Part shown: positions 1 through 10,142 of the stretch, in pieces
Layout of the letters: the number at the start of each line of letters is the position of its first letter
Numbering within the stretch: the first letter of the stretch is position 1
Assembly (NCBI GenBank): GCA_028705995.1
Contig: JAQWCH010000004.1
Span: 11,064-75,063, forward strand
Reading direction: 5' to 3'
DNA: 64,000 nucleotides
From: Bacilli bacterium
Lineage (GTDB): Bacteria > Bacillota_I > Bacilli_A > RFN20 > CAG-826
Made by a program: the position numbers and the translations under genes
The notes under the pieces: model-generated
Databases searched by the model: none
The model's input: the letters and a program-made list of their open reading frames with translations, nothing else
What the model was told of the DNA's origin: nothing

Positions 1-664
1 CCATCATCATCTTCGCTCCAAGTGGATCAAGCCCCGCTGTTGGTTCATCAAGAATCAAAACTTTGGGTTCGGATGCGATAATTCCAGCAATGGCCACCCG
101 CCGTCGTTCACCCCCAGAAAGTTCAAACGGTGAACGTTGATAATAACTTTCATCAAGACCAACCTCAGCTAAAGCTTTTTTGGCTTTTTCCTGTGCTTGT
201 TCTTTGCTTAATCCAAAATTAAGCGGACCAAACGCCACATCATCAATTACTGTCTCTTCGAATAATTGATATTCGGGGAATTGGAAAACAATGCCAACAT
301 GCCGCCGTAAATCTTTGATTTTAGCGGGGGAGATTGGTTGAATAAAATCAATAATTTCTTGCGCTTTTTTTACCGCTAAAGCTTCGTGTTTATGTGGTTT
401 ATTAGTGATTTTTTCTAAATAGCGTAAATAAGAACGCTTTTTATATGGCGTTAATAATAAACCATCTACAATTAATGCCCCTTGTGTTGGTACTAGCAAG
501 GCATTAATTTGTTGAACAAGTGTTGATTTGCCCGATCCCGTGTGTCCGATAATCGCTGTAAAAGCATGATCTTGGATTAAAAGATTGATATCGCGAATCG
601 CTTCGAACTGAAAAGGCGATTTTGGGGCATAGGTAAAACTTAAGTTCTTAATTTCTATTGGCAT
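1..664 (-). CDS. ecfA2: ECF transporter ATPase, EcfA2-type (3' end runs off the window)
   Basis: Absent from the ORF track because it is edge-truncated. My own minus-strand translation from the ATG at 664-662 reads MPIEIKNLSFTYAPKSPFQFEAIRDINLLIQDHAFTAIIGHTGSGKSTLVQQINALLVPTQG, with Walker A GHTGSGKST. The start overlaps the ecfA1 stop by about 10 nt, as in the usual ecfA1-ecfA2 tandem. Confidence 0.85.
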   Translation of the reverse strand, partial: MPIEIKNLSFTYAPKSPFQFEAIRDINLLIQDHAFTAIIGHTGSGKSTLVQQINALLVPTQGALIVDGLLLTPYKKRSYLRYLEKITNKPHKHEALAVKKAQEIIDFIQPISPAKIKDLRRHVGIVFQFPEYQLFEETVIDDVAFGPLNFGLSKEQAQEKAKKALAEVGLDESYYQRSPFELSGGERRRVAIAGIIASEPKVLILDEPTAGLDPLGAKMMM

Positions 665-1476
665 AAGAACTCCACTAATTGCTCAGTTGTCCGGATGTCA
701 TCTGGCACTTCAATTCCTTGATTAAACAACGCTTTACGCATTTTATATATAAATGGCTGATCAAGACGAATAGCGTTGAGCTCATGTTCATGGGCAAATA
801 CTTCTAATGGCGAGCCAACTGCCATAATATGACCTTCATTCATGACAATCACTTCGTCACTTAAGAAAGCTTCTTCAACATCATGTGTAATTGATATTAC
901 AGTTAAATTCGGATTATTTACTTTCATTGTTTGAATTAAATCACGGATTTCTTTTTTGCCTTTTGGATCAAGCATTGCCGTTGCTTCATCAAAGATAATG
1001 ATGTCTGGATTCATTGCTAAGATCCCGGCAATTGCAACTCTTTGCTTTTGTCCACCGGATAAGTTAGTTGGTTCTTTATCGGCAAACTCGAGCATATTTA
1101 CTTGTTTCAAAACTTGAGAAATAATCCCTTCCATCGCGGCATGGGGAACTTGACGATTTTCAAGGCCGAAAGCAATGTCATCTTTGACTGTTGCCCCAAT
1201 AAATTGGTTATCAGGGTTTTGAAATACAATTCCGAGCTGCTTACGTAATTGATTTACAGTTGATGAATTGAGTTGTTGACCAAATATTTTAATTTCGCCT
1301 TCAGCGGGTTCAAGTAAACCAACCATTAATTTTGCGAGTGTTGATTTGCCCGATCCGTTATGACCAATCACACAAATATAACTTCCGGCATCGATACTTA
1401 AAGACACGCCTTTTAAGACGTGGACTTTAGGTTCATATCCGAATAATAATCCGGTGATTTCAATCGCGTTTTGCAT
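655..1476 (-). CDS. ecfA1: ECF transporter ATPase EcfA1 (ABC ATP-binding subunit)
   Basis: 273-aa ORF with Walker A GHNGSGKST, ABC signature LSGGQKQRVAIA, Walker B IIIFDEATAMLD and H-loop ITHD. It sits in tandem with a second EcfA-type ATPase. Confidence 0.9.
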   Translation of the reverse strand: MQNAIEITGLLFGYEPKVHVLKGVSLSIDAGSYICVIGHNGSGKSTLAKLMVGLLEPAEGEIKIFGQQLNSSTVNQLRKQLGIVFQNPDNQFIGATVKDDIAFGLENRQVPHAAMEGIISQVLKQVNMLEFADKEPTNLSGGQKQRVAIAGILAMNPDIIIFDEATAMLDPKGKKEIRDLIQTMKVNNPNLTVISITHDVEEAFLSDEVIVMNEGHIMAVGSPLEVFAHEHELNAIRLDQPFIYKMRKALFNQGIEVPDDIRTTEQLVEFLCQ

Positions 1477-1482
1477 AGATAA

Positions 1483-1959
1483 TTAATAATTTATGGTTGG
1501 TAAATTCCCTTGATATTTTCGATAAGTAACTCCGGCCATTTCGAGCATTTTTTTGCTTGCTTTAATCGCGACAGTATCCGCATATTTATCATCAGCATAA
1601 ATGATTTCTTTAATGCCTGATTGAATAATTGCTTTTGCGCATTCATTGCAGGGAAATAGGCTCACATATAGCGAACACCCTTTAAGCGCAACGCCGTTAC
1701 GCGTATTTAAAATCGCATTAAATTCCGCGTGACAAACATAGAGATATTTACTATCAAGACCCTCGCCCCGATTCCATGATAATTGATCGTCATCGACGCC
1801 AATTGGCATGCCGTTATAGCCAACAGAGACAATTTTGTGATCAGCATCAACAATTGCTGCACCGACTTGTGTATCGGGATCTTTGCTCCGCATCGCTGAT
1901 AAAATAGCGATTCCCATAAAATATTCATCCCAAGAAATATAATTTGTTCGTTTGCCCAT
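1483..1959 (-). CDS. Deoxycytidylate (dCMP) deaminase, ComEB-like
   Basis: 158-aa ORF carrying the cytidine/deoxycytidylate deaminase zinc motifs CHAEFNAI and PCNECAKAI. Confidence 0.85.
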   Translation of the reverse strand: MGKRTNYISWDEYFMGIAILSAMRSKDPDTQVGAAIVDADHKIVSVGYNGMPIGVDDDQLSWNRGEGLDSKYLYVCHAEFNAILNTRNGVALKGCSLYVSLFPCNECAKAIIQSGIKEIIYADDKYADTVAIKASKKMLEMAGVTYRKYQGNLPTINY

Positions 1960-2041
1960 ATTAAAAACCTCTTTAGCGCGATTATTATACCATAGCTAGC
2001 CACTATTTTATGCCAATATGTCGTGAACAACTGTTATGTAT

Positions 2042-3679
2042 TTACTGTTCGACAATAATAATGGCCGTCTCAAATGGGGCTAACTTTTTAACTTGATCAT
2101 AACTTGTTTGCCGATAGTTACTAATTAACACTTTACCCGCTAAGTTCATATTAATTTTTTGCTGGTGGTGCGACATATTGGCGATAATTAAATAGGTTTT
2201 TAAATTTAAAGTTCGTTTAAAAGCGTAAATATTCTTGTTAGAGTCAATCTTTTGATAACTACCCAGCATCAGTATCTCATCAGCATTACGTAGACTAATG
2301 AGTTCTTGGTAGAAATGAAAAATCGATTGCGGGTTTTTCATGTTGTCAGCAACATTAATCGTTTTGTATGTTGGATTAACTTTCAACCACGGTTTCCCGC
2401 TTGTGAATCCACCATTGGCCGTTGCGTCCCACGCCATTGGTGTGCGGTTGTGATCGCGCGAGAAATTCATAATCCACTTAAACGCAAGTTTCTTCGGAAT
2501 ATGATATTGTTCACGCAGTGTTTTATAAACATTATGACTGGTGACATCATCAATTTCATCCATACTCGTAAATTTAGTATTAATCATTCCGATTTCTTCG
2601 CCCTGGTAAACAAAAGGTGTTCCACGAAGTGTCAATAATATCGTAGCGAGCATGGTCGCTGATTGATAATAATATTTCTTTTCATCACCCCAGCGTGATA
2701 TCGAGCGTGGAACATCGTGGTTTTCCCAAAACATCGAATTCCAATCAATGTGTTTTTGCCATTTGTCGAGTGTCGAAATCATTTCTAGTGGCCGATATTT
2801 TTTCTTCCATATTGGCAACTTTCGATAACCAATATTTACGTGTTCAAATGGAAAAATCATCGTTAATTCATCTTCGAGAAATGCGCGGCTTTCTTCGCGC
2901 GTAATATGCGTTGTTTCGCCAACCGTAAAGGCGTGATAGGGTGCAAGCACATCCCGATTGAATTGTTTTAAAATTTGATGACAACCCGGCTGTGATACGT
3001 AATGTTCGATTCCTGTTAAATAAATACGCTTTTTGCCATCTTCTAAACTTGTTTTATAAATACAATTAATTACATCGCAGCGAAAACCCGCCGCTCCTTT
3101 ATCAAGCCAAAATCGCATAATATCTTCTACTTCGGCAATAACTTTTGGATTACGATAGTTGAGATCAACTTGTTCAGGTGTAAATAAATGCATATAATAA
3201 AGACCATTTTCTGGACATTTTGACCAGGCTGGCCCCATAAACATTGATTTCCAATTATTCGGTGGTAACTCGCGACCTTTCTGATCGACTTTACCTTGCT
3301 TCCAAATGTAATAATCATGATAGGGTGAATGAACATCTTTAGCTTGAATAAACCATTCGTGTTGATCGGAAGTATGATTAATAACTAAATCCATTACGAT
3401 TTTAATATCGCGCTTGTTTGCTTCGAAGAATAACTCGTCCATATCGCTCATTGTGCCAAATTGCGGATGAATGGCGCGATAATCGCTAATATCGTAACCA
3501 TTATCTTTATCTGGTGATGCGTAGACCGGTGAAAGCCAAATCGCTCCAATTCCAAGATCTTTCAAATAATCTAGTTTGGAAATAATTCCAGGAATATCAC
3601 CGATTCCATCGCCATTAGAATCACAAAAAGACCGCGGATAAATTTGATAAAATACGCGTTTTTGCCACCAATTGTCCAT
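2042..3679 (-). CDS. GH13 alpha-glucosidase / oligo-1,6-glucosidase family enzyme (cytoplasmic)
   Basis: The ORF track extends to 3772. I trimmed it to the ATG at 3679 (MDNWWQKRVFYQIYPRSF), which has a GAGGT Shine-Dalgarno upstream. GH13 conserved regions are present: DLVINHTS, GFRCDVIN, VGETT and FWENHD. No signal peptide is visible. Confidence 0.85.
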   Translation of the reverse strand: MDNWWQKRVFYQIYPRSFCDSNGDGIGDIPGIISKLDYLKDLGIGAIWLSPVYASPDKDNGYDISDYRAIHPQFGTMSDMDELFFEANKRDIKIVMDLVINHTSDQHEWFIQAKDVHSPYHDYYIWKQGKVDQKGRELPPNNWKSMFMGPAWSKCPENGLYYMHLFTPEQVDLNYRNPKVIAEVEDIMRFWLDKGAAGFRCDVINCIYKTSLEDGKKRIYLTGIEHYVSQPGCHQILKQFNRDVLAPYHAFTVGETTHITREESRAFLEDELTMIFPFEHVNIGYRKLPIWKKKYRPLEMISTLDKWQKHIDWNSMFWENHDVPRSISRWGDEKKYYYQSATMLATILLTLRGTPFVYQGEEIGMINTKFTSMDEIDDVTSHNVYKTLREQYHIPKKLAFKWIMNFSRDHNRTPMAWDATANGGFTSGKPWLKVNPTYKTINVADNMKNPQSIFHFYQELISLRNADEILMLGSYQKIDSNKNIYAFKRTLNLKTYLIIANMSHHQQKINMNLAGKVLISNYRQTSYDQVKKLAPFETAIIIVEQ

Positions 3680-3747
3680 AACTATTACCTCGATAGATAA
3701 ATTATAACATTGAAAAAAAGTTCCTGGCGTATTAACCATGAAATTAA

Positions 3748-3771
3748 ATAAAAAATGCCGCCGCAGCGGCA
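3748..3771 (-). terminator. Rho-independent terminator after the small ORF 3781..3969
   Basis: GC hairpin tgccgc-cgca-gcggca (3756-3771) with an A-run on the plus strand, which is a T-run on the minus strand, immediately following. T residues also follow on the plus strand, so it may act in both directions. Confidence 0.7.
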
Positions 3772-3780
3772 ATTATTTTT

Positions 3781-3969
3781 TTATTGATCCATTAAGGCAA
3801 GTATTTCATCGAGATTAAGATTTGTCGTTCTTTTTGTCTCACTATAGGCGCGACTCGCCTCAATTTGCTCTTGTTCCGATGAACACATTTGACATTTATT
3901 GGTTTGTTTAACTTCTCCAAGATATTCACGCGTCTTCTTTTTCATTGTGTTCACCATTTCCTTTGCCAT
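3781..3969 (-). CDS. Small hypothetical protein (62 aa, charged, one CxxC)
   Basis: The ORF has its own downstream terminator. I recognise no family, and both the start codon and the RBS are uncertain. Confidence 0.4.
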   Translation of the reverse strand: MAKEMVNTMKKKTREYLGEVKQTNKCQMCSSEQEQIEASRAYSETKRTTNLNLDEILALMDQ

Positions 3970-4055
3970 TAATACTCTAACATTGAAAGATAGTGAAAAA
4001 AAGATATAAATTCATGTAAATTTTTTTCATTTTAAAATCTAATAAAAAAAGGTTT

Positions 4056-4841
4056 TTATTTTGTGTTTTCAATATAAATTACACGATAATAAATATTGAT
4101 TAAATAATAGACAATAAAGGTCTTCACAATAACCGCCACGACAAATAGAAGCGATTGAACAAAAAGATTGACGAGTAAATTACTACTAAAAACAATCATT
4201 TTCCAAATTGGGCCATATAAAACATCAATCGTTAAATCTGTGAGAAAAATAATAATCGCCACTTCATATGGCGTTGGACAAAGCGGTTGCTTATTTGGTG
4301 TTTTTTGTGCACGGACTTCCATAAAATGCACACCTATCGCGATAATGACAGCGACAATAATTAAAATGATTGGTGTGAAAATTTTCCACCAAATATTAAA
4401 AACAATGGTCGCTGTTGTCTCATATGTCGCGCGATAAGTAAGTGAATCTCTAACAATCACGACAACACTAATAAAGATAACAATAAGCGCCATTATGCCC
4501 CATAAAATATAACGATTCTTGATATGCCCCCGGACTTTTTTTAGCAACAAGAAAACTAAACTTGGCAAAACACCAAATAACATTGAACCAAGTAAAGGCC
4601 AAATAATAAATGCGCCAACCGGAAATAGCGTTGTGCCAATTAAATCCGCTGCAACACCAACGATGCCACCCCAAATTGGTCCCAAAATCAATGATGAAAT
4701 GACAATTGGAATTGCGCCAAGCGATAAACGATAAATTCCAAGTTGCACTCCTGGTATAAAACGCGTAATAACAATCGAAAAAGCAATCATCATCGCAGCG
4801 ATGGCCATTTTTTGAATATAATTACGACGATTATTAATCAT
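4056..4841 (-). CDS. ECF transporter S component, folate (FolT)-like, with an internal ~90-aa two-helix insertion
   Basis: Trimmed to the ATG at 4841 (MINNRRNYIQKMAIAAMMIAFSIVITRF), which has a GGAAGG RBS and overlaps the folC stop by 8 nt. The N-terminal pattern ...VITRF...RLSLGAIPIVISSLILGPIWGGIVGVAADLIGTTLFPVG matches FolT-type S components. It lies directly downstream of folC. Confidence 0.6.
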   Translation of the reverse strand: MINNRRNYIQKMAIAAMMIAFSIVITRFIPGVQLGIYRLSLGAIPIVISSLILGPIWGGIVGVAADLIGTTLFPVGAFIIWPLLGSMLFGVLPSLVFLLLKKVRGHIKNRYILWGIMALIVIFISVVVIVRDSLTYRATYETTATIVFNIWWKIFTPIILIIVAVIIAIGVHFMEVRAQKTPNKQPLCPTPYEVAIIIFLTDLTIDVLYGPIWKMIVFSSNLLVNLFVQSLLFVVAVIVKTFIVYYLINIYYRVIYIENTK

Positions 4842-6081
4842 TGAAAATACCTTCCTTCCATAAGAAAGATATATAGCCAGCAAAACCAAGCGAGCCAGTA
4901 ATAATAATTGTGTCATGTATACGAGCGGTCGCCATAACTTTCTTTATCGCGGTAATTGGGCTAATGATAAACGGATAATTATTGGGTGGATATTCTTCTT
5001 GACGACGTGACCGTGAGTGATCAAAAAACGTTAAGGTAATTCGCGCATCAACTTCTTTTAACATCGCAAATTCTTGTTCAACATCTTTATCGTGATATGC
5101 AGAAAATATGATAATTGGCGATTTAATTTTTAGTAACTGGAGATTTTCAACAAGAACTTTCATTGCCCCAGGGTTATGTGCGCCATCGATAATAATCCGT
5201 GGCGATTCATGCACAATTTCCATTCGTGCTGGTAATGCATCTAAAAGCAATCCAGTCCGAATACTTTCGTCGCTAACGGGAAATTTTTCTTCAAGAATTT
5301 TCAAACCAGTAATTGCAATCATGGCATCGAGGGCATAATAATAAGCCGGTTTTTTTATTTTTAACGCTGCTAAACTTTCGTCAAAATCAAAGGAAATAAA
5401 ATTATAATCTAACTGAATATTGCATGGTGCATCCGCTTGGAAAAAAGCCGATTGCTGTTTTTCTGCCACTGATTTGATGATTGAAAGTGGCTCAGCAAGA
5501 ATATCTTGGCCAACCAAAACAGGAATATCGGATTTTATAATCCCTGCTTTGGCTAAAGCAATTTCTTTAAGCGTGCGGCCAAGAAATTGTGTATGTTCTA
5601 ATGTCACATTAGTAATAATTGATAACATGGGTGTAAATACATTTGTGGCATCTAATCGGCCGCCCATTCCAACTTCAATAATCGCCAAATCAACTTTTTG
5701 TTCGGCAAAGTAAATAAACGCCAAAAAAGCTTCCATCTCAAAAGCAGTAATTCCAAATTGCATAAAGCTGACAGCGTAACGATTTATTAATGTGAGTAAA
5801 TCGGCATCAGAAATCGATTGCCCATTAATTTGCCACATTTCATTTTCATAAAATAGAAACGGTGAACTAAACATCCCGACGCGATAGCCTTGCACAGCGT
5901 ATATGTTGGCAAGCATCTTACAGGTTGTTCCTTTACCATTTGTCCCCGACACATGAATAGCGGGAACTTTAAAAGAAAATTGATGATATTCCAAAAACGC
6001 ATCAAATTGGCTGCGTTCATATTTATGGCGATCATCACGATCAGCGAGGAATGCTTTTGCTTCCTTAATACTACGAAACAT
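4834..6081 (-). CDS. folC: Folylpolyglutamate synthase / dihydrofolate synthase
   Basis: 415-aa ORF with the Mur-ligase/FPGS ATP-binding loop SGTNGKGTT and overall FolC-like length and layout. Confidence 0.85.
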   Translation of the reverse strand: MFRSIKEAKAFLADRDDRHKYERSQFDAFLEYHQFSFKVPAIHVSGTNGKGTTCKMLANIYAVQGYRVGMFSSPFLFYENEMWQINGQSISDADLLTLINRYAVSFMQFGITAFEMEAFLAFIYFAEQKVDLAIIEVGMGGRLDATNVFTPMLSIITNVTLEHTQFLGRTLKEIALAKAGIIKSDIPVLVGQDILAEPLSIIKSVAEKQQSAFFQADAPCNIQLDYNFISFDFDESLAALKIKKPAYYYALDAMIAITGLKILEEKFPVSDESIRTGLLLDALPARMEIVHESPRIIIDGAHNPGAMKVLVENLQLLKIKSPIIIFSAYHDKDVEQEFAMLKEVDARITLTFFDHSRSRRQEEYPPNNYPFIISPITAIKKVMATARIHDTIIITGSLGFAGYISFLWKEGIFND

Positions 6082-6086
6082 CTTCT

Positions 6087-6560
6087 TTAATCCTCGTTGC
6101 GACCATCGTGTTTTCTGCCACGATTAATTTCGCGTTCGGCATCGCGATTTTTAATTGTTTCGCGTTTATCAAAAAGTTTTTTCCCGCGTCCGAGCGCAAT
6201 TTCAATTTTAGCCCGGCCTTTAGTTAAATATACTTTTGTAACAACAACTGTTAAGCCTTTTTCTTGAACTTTTTGGCTGTAGCGAAGAATCTCGTGTTTA
6301 TGGAGCAATAACCGGCGTTCACGTAAAGGGTCATGATTAAAATACGTCCCTTTTTCATAGGGCGCAATATGCATACCAATTACCCACGCTTCGCCATGAC
6401 GAAAAACGACATAAGTGTCATTTAAATCACACCCGTGCGCGCGTAATGACTTTATCTCTGTGCCCGTTAATTCAATACCGGCTTCGAGAAAGTCATCAAG
6501 AAAATAGTTATGAAAAGCTTTCGCGTTTTTTGTTAAGACTTTTAAACCACTATTCGTCAT
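6087..6560 (-). CDS. smpB: SsrA(tmRNA)-binding protein SmpB
   Basis: 157 aa with the typical SmpB sequence: NKKAFHNYFL..., GTEIKSLR, and a basic C-terminal tail. Confidence 0.9.
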   Translation of the reverse strand: MTNSGLKVLTKNAKAFHNYFLDDFLEAGIELTGTEIKSLRAHGCDLNDTYVVFRHGEAWVIGMHIAPYEKGTYFNHDPLRERRLLLHKHEILRYSQKVQEKGLTVVVTKVYLTKGRAKIEIALGRGKKLFDKRETIKNRDAEREINRGRKHDGRNED

Positions 6561-6633
6561 TGCTGTTCTCCTCGTCGTGTATTATACACTATTAAAAAGA
6601 TTTCGCGGAAATGGCGAGAAGAGATTTTTACAA

Positions 6634-7914
6634 TTAATTGATTTTAATGATCACTGGTGATTCAATCACAATCGTTCCTTTTCTTAATGGAATAATGTCG
6701 CCAGTTATTTCATCGCGCACTTCCTTAACTTGTAACGGAAGTAAAACCTTGGCTTTACCTCCTGAAAAATTAAAAACACCAAGATATTTTTCGTTTTTAG
6801 ATGCAAGCGTTGCTAGCAATACATCGTTTGGAAAATACATTTCTAAATCAAAGCTTGTTTTTTCATAAAATACTTTGCTTTTTTTGAATTCAATCATGCG
6901 TTGAATAAGTAGGTATGTCTCTGGATCATGTTGCTCCCAATCAAGCGGGTCATATTCAAAAAGATGCGGTGCTTTTGACAAAGCGTTTTCTTGCCCAGCA
7001 TAGAGAAAACCAACCCCGGGTTGGAAAAAACTCCAAGCGGTGAGGTTATGTAATTGATTTTGATCTTTCACAAGTGAAGCAATCCGCGCTTGATCATGAT
7101 TTTCTAAGAAATGCGCTTTTAGATAATTATCGGGATAAAGATATTCTTGGCGTTTGACTGCTTCGACATAACTACGGAATGTTCCGCGCATATTTAAATA
7201 CTTCTTGAGATCACCATAAACATCGTAATCATAAAGAATATCAAACGCTTGATACATTTCTGCATCGCTATGCGCTTCATAGCCTTGAGCGCGTAGATAT
7301 TTAATAAATTCTGGTTCAATTGATTCGCTGAGCCAAAATACATCGGAATTAACTTTTGCCACCTCTTCTCGTGCTTTTTTCCAAAATGCGAGAGGAATAA
7401 TCGGTGCAACGTCGCAGCGGAAAGCATCGACACCTTTATGCACCCAATAAATTAGTGTTTCAATAAGATAATCCCATACGGCGGCAACCTCAAAATTAAG
7501 ATCGGCAACATCTGACCAATCGCCAACGCGATTACCTGGTTGACCATTTTTGATATAAAACCAGTCAGGGTGTTCTTTTAATAAGATTGAATCACGTGAA
7601 GTATGGTTAAATACGATATCCATCATGATTTTTAAACCTTTTTGATGTGCTTTTGCGACAAGGTCTTCAAAATCAGCTAATGAACCAAGATCTGCATTGA
7701 TCGCCCGATAATCTTTTATCGCATATGGCGAACCCGCTGTTCCTTTGCGGGCAACTTCGCCAATCGGATGAACCGGTAACAAGTAGAGTATATCTACACC
7801 AAGATCAACAATCCGCTCTAGATCATTTTTTAACGCCCTTAATGTTCCGTCTTTAGAATAGTTGCGCGGAAAAACTTGATAAATTGTTGAATTACGTAAT
7901 TGATTGATATTCAT
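6634..7914 (-). CDS. GH13 alpha-amylase-family glycoside hydrolase (cytoplasmic)
   Basis: 426 aa. The N-terminus reads IYQVFPRNY. GH13 regions DIVFNHTS, AFRCDVA and FLENHD are present. No signal peptide. Confidence 0.8.
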   Translation of the reverse strand: MNINQLRNSTIYQVFPRNYSKDGTLRALKNDLERIVDLGVDILYLLPVHPIGEVARKGTAGSPYAIKDYRAINADLGSLADFEDLVAKAHQKGLKIMMDIVFNHTSRDSILLKEHPDWFYIKNGQPGNRVGDWSDVADLNFEVAAVWDYLIETLIYWVHKGVDAFRCDVAPIIPLAFWKKAREEVAKVNSDVFWLSESIEPEFIKYLRAQGYEAHSDAEMYQAFDILYDYDVYGDLKKYLNMRGTFRSYVEAVKRQEYLYPDNYLKAHFLENHDQARIASLVKDQNQLHNLTAWSFFQPGVGFLYAGQENALSKAPHLFEYDPLDWEQHDPETYLLIQRMIEFKKSKVFYEKTSFDLEMYFPNDVLLATLASKNEKYLGVFNFSGGKAKVLLPLQVKEVRDEITGDIIPLRKGTIVIESPVIIKIN

Positions 7915-7926
7915 ATCAAAACTCCT

Positions 7927-9402
7927 TTAATCAACAAAAGCGAATAATGGTTTGTTTTCATGTTTTGCATCCCATTTACTGACGATGAGTTTATCTTTTT
8001 TTAATTTATGATAATAGGCTAAAGCAGGGAACACCACTGGTAAAGCGTGGATGATCCCTTCGGCGTTAAATAACAAAAGTGAGACAGATTCAAACATCGA
8101 ATGAATAATAAATGCCGTCAAAGCTACCAATGAATAGAAAGCAACGTACTTATTAAACTTAGCAATTTTTATATTTACGTAAATTAGATATCCAATAAAA
8201 GTAAGATACGGTATTAACAAAATTAATCCGCCAGTTGATATTACCTCAATAAAACCATTATGAAAATTGCCCCACCGATAAGTGAAATGTGATGCCGGTT
8301 CATACGCCATTGCCGTACCTAGGAGCATTTTTGAAATATAAAATCCCCGGCCAAAAATTAAACTAAATGGTTCATCAAGATAACTAAATGCATACCGCCA
8401 AATAATAAGTCTTGATTGCAAAGAATTGGTTACAAATATTGAATCAGGCAAAACATCATTAAGCAACTTGCCCAAGAAGGTTGTCTCCAAGGACGGTACT
8501 AAACGGAAAACAATTAATGCTGCAATTGTCAGCACGCTTAATGGTAAAGCAAACGAAAAGATGATTTTGTGTTTGGGCAATAAGTTTACTAGCCAAAAAA
8601 CTAAAATAGCAAGATAAACAAATGCAAACATAATGGTTTTTGTTTTAGAAACAGTGAAGAAAATAATGACCGCAAATGGTATCGATAGCAAAATAAAAAG
8701 CCATCTTAATTTTTTAAAACGTGTCCAAAGATAAAAACAGGACAAAAAACTCACAAATAAATAACTAGCAAATAAATTGCGGTTAATAAATAAACCATTA
8801 GGAACATGGGCATAAGCAGATATTCCATCAGTAATTGTTTTAACGTACTTGTCCATTTCAGTAATTAGACTATGGGCAATAAAAATATAACCGATGGCAA
8901 TTAGGGCGATGGCTGCTAAAAAGATAATCGCGCGCGCATTTTTTTGCTTAGGAAAGACAAAAACCATAACGTAAATTAATAAACACGCACTAATTGAAAG
9001 TAAAAATGAACGTAAACGATCAACCATATCAATTGAAACAACAATTGTTTGTAAATCTCCATTAGAAAGTTTGAGTTGTTCAACTAGCGTTACAGGTAAA
9101 TATCCCATCACAACTGTATTACTAATAATGATGAAAGCAAGAATACATATTGCCGTTATTTCCGATCGAAATTGAATATGGTAATGCGTCAAAATTAAGT
9201 ACGTGATTATTAGCGCTATTGACACACAGAAAATAACAAAAAATGATATAAAATCAAAAGGATTAATAATTACTGCGGGTGTTATAAAACTATTTTCAAA
9301 TAAGAACAAAATTAGCACAAAAATTATAAAAATGAGTATAAATTCGCCCCAGATTTTCTTAGTAATGCCTATTCGATCTTGCTTGGGTAAAACGTTCTCC
9401 AT
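7927..9402 (-). CDS. O-antigen ligase/polymerase-like (Wzy_C-type) polytopic membrane protein
   Basis: 491 aa with more than 10 hydrophobic segments. A Wzy_C-like loop is present: GRGFY...NFHNGFIEVISTGGLILL. It sits directly downstream of a phosphoglycosyl transferase. Confidence 0.65.
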   Translation of the reverse strand: MENVLPKQDRIGITKKIWGEFILIFIIFVLILFLFENSFITPAVIINPFDFISFFVIFCVSIALIITYLILTHYHIQFRSEITAICILAFIIISNTVVMGYLPVTLVEQLKLSNGDLQTIVVSIDMVDRLRSFLLSISACLLIYVMVFVFPKQKNARAIIFLAAIALIAIGYIFIAHSLITEMDKYVKTITDGISAYAHVPNGLFINRNLFASYLFVSFLSCFYLWTRFKKLRWLFILLSIPFAVIIFFTVSKTKTIMFAFVYLAILVFWLVNLLPKHKIIFSFALPLSVLTIAALIVFRLVPSLETTFLGKLLNDVLPDSIFVTNSLQSRLIIWRYAFSYLDEPFSLIFGRGFYISKMLLGTAMAYEPASHFTYRWGNFHNGFIEVISTGGLILLIPYLTFIGYLIYVNIKIAKFNKYVAFYSLVALTAFIIHSMFESVSLLLFNAEGIIHALPVVFPALAYYHKLKKDKLIVSKWDAKHENKPLFAFVD

Positions 9403-9411
9403 CTTATTGTT

Positions 9412-10002
9412 TTAATCCGTCGCCTTGTGTTTCTTTGGATGAAAAATTCTAGATAATAAAAGTCCAATCGTTAAAAAGAAAATTTTAATATCAAAACAAA
9501 GCGAGGCTTTTTCCGCATATTCTTTTTCAAAAGAAACCTTTAATTTTGGATTATGACGAGTTTTAACCTGTGCCCAACCAGATAATCCTGGTTTCATTTT
9601 ATAAATTCCGTAATGAAGTCGGTCGTTATTCAGTTCTTCTTCAACAATTTGTGATGGGCGATAGCCAATGAAACTCATTCTTCCAGCAAAAATATTAAAT
9701 AATTGTGGAATCTCATCTAGGGCTGACAAACGTAAAAACCGACCAAACCGCGTGACGTATTGGTCATAATGATTGCCAATTTCATTTGGAGTAACATTAT
9801 CCGGCGCGTGAATATCCATTGTCCGAAATTTGATTAAATGAAATAAGCGCATGTTCTTACCTAACCGTTTTTGCACAAAGAAAACATGGCCTTTTTGGTC
9901 AATTGCTACGGCAATAATCAAAATAATAAAAAATGGAACTAAAATAACAATTGCTAAGAATGAGAATAACAAGTCAAACGCTCGTTTTAAAAAGCGATAC
10001 AT
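9412..10002 (-). CDS. Small monotopic phosphoglycosyl transferase (bacterial sugar transferase family, initiating enzyme)
   Basis: 196 aa. KRAFDLLFSFLAIVIL is followed by a re-entrant helix, then LIKFRTM, DEIPQLFN and PGLSGWAQV, all typical of the Bac_transf family. Confidence 0.85.
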   Translation of the reverse strand: MYRFLKRAFDLLFSFLAIVILVPFFIILIIAVAIDQKGHVFFVQKRLGKNMRLFHLIKFRTMDIHAPDNVTPNEIGNHYDQYVTRFGRFLRLSALDEIPQLFNIFAGRMSFIGYRPSQIVEEELNNDRLHYGIYKMKPGLSGWAQVKTRHNPKLKVSFEKEYAEKASLCFDIKIFFLTIGLLLSRIFHPKKHKATD

Positions 10003-10142
10003 AAATGGCCCTCGCGTGTTGGTATTATTCTACCATAATTGATAGAAGCAAACCATTTTTGATTAATTCTAATTTGCTAAACTATTTATATACTATATAT
10101 CGGTTAAAATCAATGTTAATAACTGGTAAGAGGTTCTAATGA

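Noticed and set aside
1707-2030. Many 60-135-aa ORFs in the track lie inside or antisense to strong genes. Examples are 1707..2030, 2306..2638, 5420..5713, 33621..33959, 38938..39345, 39272..39667, 44575..44877 and 51643..51960.
   Set aside because: They overlap well-supported conserved CDS and have low-complexity or odd composition, with no recognisable motifs or RBS. They are best explained as shadow ORFs of the real genes.
3680-3772. Several track ORFs carry N-terminal extensions: 3680-3772, 4842-4916, 12996-13052, 24694-24786, 26983-27108, 41354-41407, 46694-46756 and 62793-62867.
   Set aside because: In each case an internal ATG with a Shine-Dalgarno sequence coincides with the conserved N-terminus of the protein family. 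The extension would overlap the upstream gene or the intergenic promoter region.
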